Of a stretch of DNA of 64,000 bases, positions 17,582-25,983 are shown one piece after another; positions within the stretch are counted from its first letter, which is position 1, and every line of letters starts with the position of its first letter. The notes under the pieces were generated by a model that was not told the origin of the DNA, made no database searches, and worked only from the letters and a program-made list of their open reading frames with translations. The position numbers and the translations under genes are program-made. The DNA comes from Candidatus Nealsonbacteria bacterium (GTDB lineage Bacteria > Patescibacteriota > Minisyncoccia > Minisyncoccales > JAGMDC01). The stretch is taken from positions 5,578-69,577 of the forward strand of contig JAUWMZ010000003.1 of the NCBI GenBank assembly GCA_030612885.1, in the 5' to 3' direction.

Positions 17582-18577
17582 GTGATGAAAAAGTTTTTTG
17601 TTTTTTTAATTTTAATTCTTTTTTTAGGATTTTTTATTTGGCAGGGGATTTATATTTCAAAAGATTTTACTTCTCTTGAGGAAAAATTCTTTCCAGTTGA
17701 GAAAGGCCAGGGTTTATTTCAAATTGGGGAAAATTTAGAAAAACAAGGTTTAATTAAGAGTAGGTTTTTATTTGATTTTTATGTAATTTCCAAGAAAAAG
17801 CAAAGCAATCTTCAAGCCGGCCAGTATTTGTTCAATCCCTCAATGACCATTGCTGAAATTGGAGAAAAAATAATTTCCGGTGATGTTTATAAAATAAAAA
17901 TTACTATTCCAGAAGGATTTACTCTAAAACAAACAGAAGAGAGATTAACCTTAAATTTAACGAGAAATGTTCTCGTTAATATTAAAATTAATGAGTTTAT
18001 AGATGAATATGATTTTTTGAAAGATGCGCCGAACAGCGCTTCGTTAGAGGGTTTTTTGTTCCCTGATACTTATTATTTTTATCCCCAAAGAGATACTGAA
18101 GAAATAGTTAAAGTTTTTTTAGATAATTTTGATAAAAAACTAACTTCTGAATTAAAGAACGAAATTCAGAATCAAGGCAAGACCATTTTTGAAATTATTA
18201 CTATGGCTTCAATGATTGAGAAAGAAGTGCTCACTATTGAAGATAAAAAAACGGTTTCCGGAATTTTATGGAAACGTTTGGAAAATAAAATGCCTTTGCA
18301 GGTTGACGCTACTATTACATATCTTACTGGTGGAAAGACAACAAAGATTGGCATTGAAGAGCTTAAAATTGATTCTCCATATAATACCTATAAATATAAA
18401 GGACTGCCTATTGGTCCAATTTGCAATCCCGGGCTTGACAGTATTTTAGCCGCGATTTATCCTAAAGATAGTGATTACTGGTATTATTTATCTACTCCTG
18501 AAGGCGAAACGATTTTTAGCAAGACCCTGAAAGAGCATCGTATAAACAGAGAAAAGTATCTTCACCCTGTTAAATAA
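17582..18577 (+). CDS. mltG: endolytic murein transglycosylase MltG (YceG-like)
   Basis: N-terminal TM helix, IPEGFTLKQ, LEGFLFPDTYYF, MASMIEKE and SPYNTYKYKGLPIGPICNPG motifs. Confidence 0.88.
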   Translation: MMKKFFVFLILILFLGFFIWQGIYISKDFTSLEEKFFPVEKGQGLFQIGENLEKQGLIKSRFLFDFYVISKKKQSNLQAGQYLFNPSMTIAEIGEKIISGDVYKIKITIPEGFTLKQTEERLTLNLTRNVLVNIKINEFIDEYDFLKDAPNSASLEGFLFPDTYYFYPQRDTEEIVKVFLDNFDKKLTSELKNEIQNQGKTIFEIITMASMIEKEVLTIEDKKTVSGILWKRLENKMPLQVDATITYLTGGKTTKIGIEELKIDSPYNTYKYKGLPIGPICNPGLDSILAAIYPKDSDYWYYLSTPEGETIFSKTLKEHRINREKYLHPVK

Positions 18578-18628
18578 AATCTTTGATTTTCTTTTGCTAA
18601 AAGCAAAAGATTTAACAGGGTAAGTAAT

Positions 18629-19183
18629 ATGACTAATAAAATAGCAATGGTTATTGCGCATAGGGATTTCAGGGATGAGGAATATTTTATTCCTAAACGT
18701 ATCCTAACGACTAGGAATTTTGAAGTTGTTACAGTAAGCACTTTTAATGAAAAAGCTATTGGAATGCATGGAGGTGAGACCAAGATAGATGCAATAATAG
18801 ATAATTTAATGCCAGAGGATTTTGACGCTGTTTTATTTATTGGCGGTGCCGGAGTTATGGATGATATAGATAATCCTGAATTTCATAGAGTGGCTAAAAG
18901 AACTATTGAAAAGGGCAAGGTTTTGGGAGCAATCTGTGTTGCTCCAATGATTTTAGCCAAAGCAGGTGTATTGAGTGGAAAAAAGGCAACTATCTGGTCA
19001 AGTCCGATGAATAAAAATCCAATAAAAGTTTTGGAAGAAAATGGAGCAATTTATACAGATGAGATAGTGGTTATAGATGGAAAAATTATTACTGCTAATG
19101 GTCCTTTGGCTGCTGACCAATTCGCCCAAACAGTAGCAGAGGCCTTGACACAAAGTGGTGGGGGGTTGACAGGGGATCACTAA
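18629..19183 (+). CDS. DJ-1/PfpI family protein
   Basis: FDAVLFIGGAG...GKVLGAICVAPMILAKAGVLSGKKAT, with the nucleophile-elbow Cys. Confidence 0.85.
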   Translation: MTNKIAMVIAHRDFRDEEYFIPKRILTTRNFEVVTVSTFNEKAIGMHGGETKIDAIIDNLMPEDFDAVLFIGGAGVMDDIDNPEFHRVAKRTIEKGKVLGAICVAPMILAKAGVLSGKKATIWSSPMNKNPIKVLEENGAIYTDEIVVIDGKIITANGPLAADQFAQTVAEALTQSGGGLTGDH

Positions 19184-19193
19184 TTTGTATAAT
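19166..19193 (+). promoter_or_regulatory. consensus promoter TTGACA-N16-TATAAT for rplJL
   Basis: TTGACA at 19166-19171 and TATAAT at 19188-19193, overlapping the end of the DJ-1 gene. Confidence 0.65.
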
Positions 19194-19199
19194 TAAAAA

Positions 19200-19292
19200 T
19201 ACCGCAGACAATAGGCAAGTAAGACCTATTTAGGTAAATAAGTAATCATTGATTATTTATTATTGTGTCTGCGGTAATACGCAGTTTTTTTT
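19200..19292 (+). promoter_or_regulatory. rplJ (L10) leader with alternative antiterminator/terminator hairpins
   Basis: Long-range pairing ACCGCAGACA (19201-10) with TGTCTGCGGT (19266-75) competes with CTGCG-gtaata-CGCAG (19269-84) plus T8 (19285-92), which abuts the rplJ ATG. Confidence 0.6.
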
Positions 19293-19811
19293 ATGGCAAA
19301 AACAAAAGAGCAAAAACAAAAAATTTTAGATGAACTGAAAGAAAAAATAAAAAAGCAGAAATCAATGATTTTTGTGGATTTTTCTGGTTTAGAAGTAAAT
19401 GCAATTACTGAATTAAGAAAGGAAATGATAGAAAAAAATTGCGAATTTAAAGTAGCTAAAAAAACTTTCATAGAAATAGCGCTTAAAGATTTTAAAGAAG
19501 ATATAGCTAAAAAAGCAAGGGAGTTACAAGGAGAGATTGGTATTGGCTTTGGTTATAAAGATGAGATTATGCCTTTTAAAATTTTAGGTGATTTTTCCAA
19601 AAAGCAGGAGAATTTAAAATTATTAGCCGGATTAATAGGCAAGGAGTTTTTAGAGCAAGAGCAAACGATTGCTATATCTGAATTACCAACAAGAGAAGAG
19701 ATTTTAGCAAGAATAGTAGGAAGCATAAGCGCTCCAATTTCCAATTTTGTAAATGTTTTACAGGGAAACATTAAAGGTCTGATCTATGTTTTGGCAAAAG
19801 CCAAAACATAA
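19293..19811 (+). CDS. rplJ: 50S ribosomal protein L10
   Basis: 172 aa with family-typical [19 protein letters not shown]...FKVAKKT. Directly upstream of rplL. Confidence 0.92.
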   Translation: MAKTKEQKQKILDELKEKIKKQKSMIFVDFSGLEVNAITELRKEMIEKNCEFKVAKKTFIEIALKDFKEDIAKKARELQGEIGIGFGYKDEIMPFKILGDFSKKQENLKLLAGLIGKEFLEQEQTIAISELPTREEILARIVGSISAPISNFVNVLQGNIKGLIYVLAKAKT

Positions 19812-19828
19812 AAAATTTAATCAAAACT

Positions 19829-20278
19829 ATGGCTGAAGAACAAAAAAAAGAAACTTCTGAAAAAGAGGAGCCAAAAGAAGAGAAGGAGGTAAAAATTCCG
19901 GAAAAATTCAAAGATTTAGTTGAAAAAGTTGAAAAGATGTCTGTTTTGGATTTGGCAGAATTAGTCAAGATTTTAGAGAAAAAGTTTGGTGTCTCTGCTG
20001 CAGCTCCAATTGCTGCTGCTCCAGCCGGCGCTGCTCCTGCTGCTCAAGCAGAAGAAAAAACTGTCTTTAATATTGAGCTCACTGGCATTGGTGATAAGAA
20101 AATTGAAGTAATTAAGGTAGTAAAGGAAATTACTGAAAAAGGATTAAAAGAAGCAAAGGATTTAGTTGACGCTGCGGCAAGTTCTCCACAGATGATTAAA
20201 GAAAATGTTAAAAAAGAAGAAGCAGAGGAGATGAAAAAAAAGATAGAAACAGCTGGCGGAAAAGTAGAGTTGAAGTAA
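19829..20278 (+). CDS. rplL: 50S ribosomal protein L7/L12 (with N-terminal acidic extension)
   Basis: Ala/Pro hinge [21 protein letters not shown] and C-terminal domain [24 protein letters not shown]...[18 protein letters not shown]. Confidence 0.93.
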   Translation: MAEEQKKETSEKEEPKEEKEVKIPEKFKDLVEKVEKMSVLDLAELVKILEKKFGVSAAAPIAAAPAGAAPAAQAEEKTVFNIELTGIGDKKIEVIKVVKEITEKGLKEAKDLVDAAASSPQMIKENVKKEEAEEMKKKIETAGGKVELK

Positions 20279-20329
20279 CATTTCCCGCTTTGCCCTTGAC
20301 AAATTCTAAAGGTTTGTTATAGTTGGAAT

Positions 20330-20476
20330 ATAGCAAAAAGCATAGTAGGTTTACTATGCTTTTTACATTAAGGGTGCGGGGTTCGAACTCCTCACCCTCA
20401 CAAAAGAGTCATTTCTGGGCGTCGGCTAAATGAATTTTTTTCCTCCTTAGTTCGACGCCCAAAAATGGCTCTTTTT
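20330..20476 (+). ncRNA. candidate structured RNA unit (three hairpins, CCUCC-containing loop)
   Basis: Promoter-like TTGACA (20296) -N16- TGtTATAGT (20318). Hairpins at 20335-64, 20371-98 (AGGGTGCGGGGTTCGAACTCCTCACCCT) and 20405-72 (20-bp stem, 28-nt loop containing TTCCTCCTTA), then TTTT. No ORF. Confidence 0.35.
20335..20364 (+). terminator. hairpin terminator after rplL
   Basis: AAAAAGCATAGTA-ggtt-TACTATGCTTTTT. Confidence 0.65.
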
Positions 20477-20805
20477 AGTAAGCTTGCCCTGTGGTAGAAA
20501 TTTGACCAAGAGTAAAAAATCCGCCGAGAATAGAAATTCTGACGGACAAAATAGGCAAATTATTACGACATAATCCAGCATTTATCCCGCAATGACTTTA
20601 AATATTCAGAGTATAGTATGTGGCTGGTCCTTTGCTAATTCTTTTTAAGAGTTTTGTTGACGCAAGTTCTTTTTAACTTTTGCTTCTATTTATATTATAT
20701 CGTGGGGATTAACCCTTGACAAGGTTTCTGGCTTGTGTAAGATAAATAATACAGAAAAGCGTTAGGGGATATTGACTTTTGTTTTGATTAAGTATAGTAT
20801 AAAAA

Positions 20806-20951
20806 AAGAAAAAGATAAAATTATTTAGCGGAGGAACTAAATAAATTTTCAGTGAATTTAGAATCATTGATATTAAATAATAATGATTTAAGAATATCAG
20901 GACTTCTTCGCAGAATTCAAATATGTTTTTGAAATGCGAAGGGGTTTTTTT
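20806..20951 (+). ncRNA. candidate sRNA or leader ending in a strong terminator
   Basis: Promoter-like elements at 20716 (TTGACA-N16-TAAGAT) and 20772 (TTGACT...TATAGT). Terminator CTTCGCA...TGCGAAG at 20906-41 followed by GGG and T7. Only trivial ORFs of 11 aa or fewer start with ATG. Confidence 0.4.
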
Positions 20952-21030
20952 ATTTTAAAAATAACAAAGGTCGGGTTGTAAGTGAGCCAAAAACTTACAA
21001 AAGATTAAAAAATTAATTTAGAACAAAAAT

Positions 21031-22119
21031 ATGAACAAAAAAATATTAGTTAGTTTAAGTGTAATTGCAGTTGTTGCCGCTATTGGCATTGGTGGGACAG
21101 TAGCTTACTTTAGCGACACTGAAACCAGCGAAGCTAATCTTTTCACTGCAGGCACTATAGATATTCATGTTAAGGGTGATAATTTTACTTGGACAGAGGG
21201 AGCACTATTAGATGATATGAAGCCTTGTTATACTGATTACATTAATTTCACGATTTATAATGACGGAAGCGACCCAAATCCAGTTAATGTTTGGAAGCAT
21301 TTAATACTTGGCGTGGAAGAAACTGGCGCAGTTTCTGAACCAGAATGTGATGAGCAAGGTGGAACTTGGACTGGTCCTGTAAGCGGGTGCTTTTGGAATG
21401 GTGCTGTTGATGACAATAATATTTCCAGCATCATAGATTATGATCTTATAGTATGGGTGTATGATTATTGCGATAGATTGATTTGGTGGCAGACCATTTA
21501 TGACAAAGACATAACTGTAGCAGAAATTGCTTGCAAAGAAATCTATTTAGGCATGATTCCGGTTAATGGATATATGGAAGTAGAACAGAGTTACCATATG
21601 CAGGATTATGAATCTACAAACTGGGCGCAAGGCGATATTATGCCTTTCGATATTGAGATTAAAGGTATTCAACTTCGCGGCGAAGCATGGTTGGATTTCA
21701 AACAAGCAGAAAAGAGTCCAGAAGAGTATTGGAAAGTTAAGAATCCAGGAAATCCTGCTGGTACCTTGACTTATATAGTTAAGCACCCAGAGTTTGATTA
21801 TGGATTTACTGCAAGCGGACTTCAAAACAACACAGAATATAGCTTGATTTACTATGCTGATCCATGGCCAGGAAATAACCCTGGTGCTTTAATTGGAACA
21901 GCAACAACTGATGGAACAGGTAATATTGCTATGTCAGATTCTGTTGAATTAAATATGAGTTTTCCAGCCCCTGGCGATCTTAATCATCCAGACGGCGCTA
22001 AGATTTGGTTAGTTCCATCCAGTGATTACGATGATAGCACTAACGAATTAACGGCTTGGAATCCTGATACTTATTTGTTTGAAATCGGTTTGATTTGGTA
22101 TGAAGATACTGATTTATAA
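21031..22119 (+). CDS. TasA/camelysin-like secreted fibre subunit with SipW-type signal peptide, paralogue 1
   Basis: MNKKILVSLSVIAVVAAIGIGGTVAYFSDTETSEANLFTAGTIDI, then DMKPCYTDY, NPVNVWKH and QSYHMQDYESTNWAQGD, plus an extra C-terminal domain of about 150 aa. Confidence 0.8.
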   Translation: MNKKILVSLSVIAVVAAIGIGGTVAYFSDTETSEANLFTAGTIDIHVKGDNFTWTEGALLDDMKPCYTDYINFTIYNDGSDPNPVNVWKHLILGVEETGAVSEPECDEQGGTWTGPVSGCFWNGAVDDNNISSIIDYDLIVWVYDYCDRLIWWQTIYDKDITVAEIACKEIYLGMIPVNGYMEVEQSYHMQDYESTNWAQGDIMPFDIEIKGIQLRGEAWLDFKQAEKSPEEYWKVKNPGNPAGTLTYIVKHPEFDYGFTASGLQNNTEYSLIYYADPWPGNNPGALIGTATTDGTGNIAMSDSVELNMSFPAPGDLNHPDGAKIWLVPSSDYDDSTNELTAWNPDTYLFEIGLIWYEDTDL

Positions 22120-22292
22120 AGATTGAAATCTTTTTGGTTGCCTCAAAATAAAATTGGGGCAATCTATAAAGGTTTTAAAAATAAAAAATAAAACCAAAAG
22201 GTCGGAATAAAAAGTTAATATTTCACCCCGTTAAATAATTTTGCATTGCGCAGAATTTCCCTGCGAGGGAATTTAACAGGGTAAACAAAATT

Positions 22293-23402
22293 ATGAACAA
22301 AAATATAGCTATTAGTTTACTTGTAATTTCTGCCATAGCAGTTGTTGGTGTTGGCGGAACTATTTCCTATTTTAGTGACACTGAAGCAAATGTAGGCAAT
22401 GTAATTGCTGCTGGTATTGTTGATATTAGCATTGCTCCGGGAGGAGACACAGTATCTTTGCCAGCTAAAATTACTGATATGAAGCCCTGCAAAACAGAAT
22501 ATGTAACAATCAATGTTACTAATGAGGAAAACTCTAATCCTGTTGATGTATGGAAGCATATTGATAATGTAGAAACCGAAGAAAATGGAATTACAGAGCC
22601 AGAGCAAAAATGGTATGATGCTAATCCCGGTCAAGCACCCAAGAATGACATTGATACTGTTATAGAATATGATATGACTGTTAATGGAGAGGTTGTCATT
22701 GATGTTAATGACGGTATAACCCTTGATAATATTGAAAGTTATTATATTTATTTGGGTCGTTTAGAGCCATGTGAGACGATGGAAGTTATCCAAAGTTATC
22801 ATATGAAAGGTGATACTGAAAACTGGGCTCAAAGCGATAAAGTAACCTTTGATATGGAATTCTTGGCTCAGCAGATTGGCGCACCAGCACCTACAAACAA
22901 TCTTGATTTTGTGAACATCGGAGATCCAATCAATGAGGCAGGAAAAGACAGAATGATGGCTGGTTGGAGTAATACTGTATGGCCTGGTGGAGCAGGAACT
23001 TGGGGAGGCGGAGATGACGGCACTATCAGAACAGTTTCCGCTGGTGATGATGACACCTATAAGACAACCTATCAGTCAGAGCCACCCGCTACTAATGATG
23101 TAGATTTTGCTACCATTGATGTTGATTTTGGCGCAGGCAGTAATTGGCTTTATATCAGGCATTTAGACGGTCAAGCTGACGGAGCTGGCAATGACGATGC
23201 ATTTAAGGTTTATGTAAATGATGTTGCGATTGCTACATATTTAGACCAATATTCTACTGAAACATGGGTAACCAGCAAATTTGATACTACTGGTTATACT
23301 GGAATTCAAACAGTTAAGATTGAATTACTCGGAGGCCATTGGTCAGGTTATGCCACTTGGGGCCAATTAGGAATTTCTTGGATGAAGACATTACCTTTAT
23401 AA
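22293..23402 (+). CDS. TasA/camelysin-like secreted fibre subunit with SipW-type signal peptide, paralogue 2
   Basis: MNKNIAISLLVISAIAVVGVGGTISYFSDTEANVGNVIAAGIVDI, then DMKPCKTEY, NPVDVWKH and QSYHMKGDTENWAQSD, plus a different C-terminal Gly/Asp/Trp-rich jelly-roll-like domain. Confidence 0.8.
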   Translation: MNKNIAISLLVISAIAVVGVGGTISYFSDTEANVGNVIAAGIVDISIAPGGDTVSLPAKITDMKPCKTEYVTINVTNEENSNPVDVWKHIDNVETEENGITEPEQKWYDANPGQAPKNDIDTVIEYDMTVNGEVVIDVNDGITLDNIESYYIYLGRLEPCETMEVIQSYHMKGDTENWAQSDKVTFDMEFLAQQIGAPAPTNNLDFVNIGDPINEAGKDRMMAGWSNTVWPGGAGTWGGGDDGTIRTVSAGDDDTYKTTYQSEPPATNDVDFATIDVDFGAGSNWLYIRHLDGQADGAGNDDAFKVYVNDVAIATYLDQYSTETWVTSKFDTTGYTGIQTVKIELLGGHWSGYATWGQLGISWMKTLPL

Positions 23403-23495
23403 TTGGACTATAACTTGAAATCTTTTCATCCCCTCCTTTTCGCGTTTGTGCAAAAGAAGGGGATAATAAAGGTTTTAAGGAATTTAACAGAGTAA

Positions 23496-24011
23496 ATGAA
23501 ACCTTTAAAAATAATTTATTACATTTTTATTGCCTTTATTGCTGTGATTGCCATTTTGCTGATTATTTCTGTTTTTCCGATTACAGGGAATTATAAATTT
23601 ATGATTGTCCAGTCAGGTTCAATGGAACCAGCGATTGAGATGGGGAGCGTGGTAATGGTTAAACCGGTTGATAGTTATAAGATTGAAGATGTCATTACTT
23701 TTACAAATCCGAAAAAGCCAGGCGAATCAATTACTCACAGAATTTACGATATGAAAGTCAATGAGGGAGTTCCTGTTTATATCACTAAAGGTGATGCCAA
23801 TAATGCTCCTGATACAAGGGAAATACAAGAGAAAGATATTATTGGAAAAGTTTTGCTGGATATTCCTTATCTCGGTTATGCTGTTGATTTTGCCCAGAAG
23901 CCATTAGGATTTGCTTTGATTATTATTGTTCCAGCCGTGATTATTATTGGCGACGAGATTAGAAAAATCTATAATGAGTTTAAAAAGAAAAAAACAAATG
24001 AAATGGAATAA
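23496..24011 (+). CDS. sipW: type I signal peptidase, SipW-like (S26B, Ser/His type)
   Basis: N-terminal TM helix, SGSMEP (catalytic Ser), ITHRI (His), KGDANNAPD, C-terminal TM helix. Embedded among proteins carrying the AYFSDTE leader. Confidence 0.85.
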   Translation: MKPLKIIYYIFIAFIAVIAILLIISVFPITGNYKFMIVQSGSMEPAIEMGSVVMVKPVDSYKIEDVITFTNPKKPGESITHRIYDMKVNEGVPVYITKGDANNAPDTREIQEKDIIGKVLLDIPYLGYAVDFAQKPLGFALIIIVPAVIIIGDEIRKIYNEFKKKKTNEME

Positions 24012-25971
24012 AAGAATTGTAAAAACCTCTATTTTGAGAATTGTTGTGCTTATGATGATTGTTGGGCTTAACTGGTCCGGGATTTCGGCTATTGGTCAAA
24101 CTTTAGCTTATTTTAATGATACTGAAATTTCTGACAATACAAGCATTACTGTCGGCAGTTTAAATTTTAGTTTAAGTTCAGATAGTGATTTTTCTCCTTT
24201 AGTCACCCCGAGTCAATCTGCCAGTCGCAGTATTGATGTTATAAATGAAGGCAGTTTAGATTTTCAATATCAAGTATCTGCCAGTGATTTTTCCGGTGAT
24301 ACTGAATTTTGCAATGCTTTAGAGCTTATAGCTAATTTAGATGGCGGAGACACAGAATATACAGGAAACTTGACAGATTTTAGTTATAATACTGGAGAAT
24401 TTTTTGATCCAGAAAACTGGCAATTTACAGCCAGTTTGCCTGATGATGTTTCTGACACGCTTGAAAATAAAACCTGCAGTTTTAAATTTATCTTTGAAGG
24501 CGTTCAGCTTGGTGAATGCGCTGGTTTTAGCGATATAGAAGAAATTGAAAACACAATAACTTCTGGAGAGTGGGTAATTAGAGAAGAGATGAAAATTAAC
24601 AAGGTTTATTATGATGTAGATTCAGAGCATGGGATTGAAGGCGATAACGAATGGGTTGAGCTTTATAATCCAACTGACGCACCAATAGATATTTCTAACT
24701 GGAAAATTTGCGATAATACTTCTTGTGATACTATCCCTGTTTTAAATTCTATTTCAGGCAATGGTTTTGCTATAATTACTGCTCAAGATACTACCTGGGA
24801 TTATTGGAATATTCCATCAGGAGTAGAGAAGATTGTTTTGGGAGATGATATTGGTAATGGCTTATCTGATGATGGTGACAGATTGATTTTGAAAAATGTT
24901 AGTGGATACGAAATTGACGCGATGAGTTATGGAACTGATACTTACGTTTTTGACCCTGCTTGCCCTGATGTTGACGAAGGGCATATGCTCGGCAGGGTGC
25001 CGACAGGTTTGGATACTGATTTAGCATCTGACTTTCAAGATTTAGCACCGCCTACCGTATCTGTTTCTTATTACAGCGGCACCTGGTATTGCGGACAAAC
25101 TTATACAATTAATTGGACAGCTGTAAATAATAATGGTGATGATAATGAATTATTGATTGATATTGTTTATATCACTGATAATGATAGAAATGGAATAATT
25201 AGTGATAGTGATAATGTTTATCTTGTGGCTGATGATATAGCAAATTCAGGAAGCTATAATCTTCATATATGCGGTGATTATTGTTATTACGGTTATGTCT
25301 GGGTCAAAGTAATTGCTTATGGTCCGGAGAACTTTATGGTTCAAGCCAGTGATACAGGTCCTCGAGTTTGGGAACCGCCAGCTCCTGAAAATGAATTGTT
25401 TGATATGTCAACTATGTGTCCATTTGAACTTCCTGTAGAAGAGGGGACAGAAGAAGTAGAGGAACCAACTGATGTTGATGAAGAGATATTTGATGATACA
25501 ATTGAAGAGGAAGATACGATAATTGATTTGCCAGCTCTTGACCCTGTTGATACAGTTACCTCTGTTCAAGACGGAGTTAATATTGTCGATGAGGAAGATA
25601 TAGTTGAACCTGATACTGGAGAAGTTTTAAATGAGGAGCCAGTTGAAGAAATTCCAGATGAAGTTATAGAAGATGAAGCTGTTGTTGAGGAAGAAACTAC
25701 TGGAGAGGAAATCACAGAAGAAATTCCAGAAGATGAGCCAGTTGATGAACCGGCCGATGCTGACGCTGATGCTGATGAAGAAGTCCCAGCAGTGACAGAT
25801 GAAGAAATCACAGAAGTTGTTGAGGAGCCAGAACCAATTATTGAATCTGTTGAGGAAGAAATAGTTGAGGAAATAATAGCTGTTATAGAAGAACCAGCCA
25901 CTGTACCGGAGGATATTCCTATTGATGATACTGAAGAAAGCCCTGAAGCAGACAATGATATTCAAGAATAA
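23998..25971 (+). CDS. TasA-like N-domain + lamin-tail domain (LTD) + Ig-like domain + ~200-aa polyacidic tail protein
   Basis: Start is ambiguous (TTG 23947, ATG 23974 or ATG 23998). Leader ...GISAIGQTLAYFNDTEISDNTSITVGSLNF. LTD signature NKVYYDV...GDNEWVELYNPTDAPIDISNWKICDN...GDRLILKN. The C-terminus is almost entirely E/D/V/I/P/T. Confidence 0.75.
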   Translation: MKWNKRIVKTSILRIVVLMMIVGLNWSGISAIGQTLAYFNDTEISDNTSITVGSLNFSLSSDSDFSPLVTPSQSASRSIDVINEGSLDFQYQVSASDFSGDTEFCNALELIANLDGGDTEYTGNLTDFSYNTGEFFDPENWQFTASLPDDVSDTLENKTCSFKFIFEGVQLGECAGFSDIEEIENTITSGEWVIREEMKINKVYYDVDSEHGIEGDNEWVELYNPTDAPIDISNWKICDNTSCDTIPVLNSISGNGFAIITAQDTTWDYWNIPSGVEKIVLGDDIGNGLSDDGDRLILKNVSGYEIDAMSYGTDTYVFDPACPDVDEGHMLGRVPTGLDTDLASDFQDLAPPTVSVSYYSGTWYCGQTYTINWTAVNNNGDDNELLIDIVYITDNDRNGIISDSDNVYLVADDIANSGSYNLHICGDYCYYGYVWVKVIAYGPENFMVQASDTGPRVWEPPAPENELFDMSTMCPFELPVEEGTEEVEEPTDVDEEIFDDTIEEEDTIIDLPALDPVDTVTSVQDGVNIVDEEDIVEPDTGEVLNEEPVEEIPDEVIEDEAVVEEETTGEEITEEIPEDEPVDEPADADADADEEVPAVTDEEITEVVEEPEPIIESVEEEIVEEIIAVIEEPATVPEDIPIDDTEESPEADNDIQE

Positions 25972-25983
25972 AAATCATAAATT

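Noticed and set aside
20371-20398. T-loop-like sequences (GGTTCGAAC / GGATCGAACC / GGTTCAAATCC / GGGATTCGAATC) at 20371, 46292, 46534, 30216 and 31951, considered as tRNA, tmRNA or tRNA-fragment att sites.
   Set aside because: I could not build acceptor, D or anticodon arms, or a tmRNA tRNA-like domain plus tag ORF, around any of them. The candidate tag frames end in ...KEYY or ...KESG, not a hydrophobic tail. They are kept only as repeat or box features.
25566-25965. Minus-strand ORFs 25566-25955 and 25627-25965.
   Set aside because: They are antisense artefacts of the polyacidic (GAA/GAT-rich) tail of the LTD protein.
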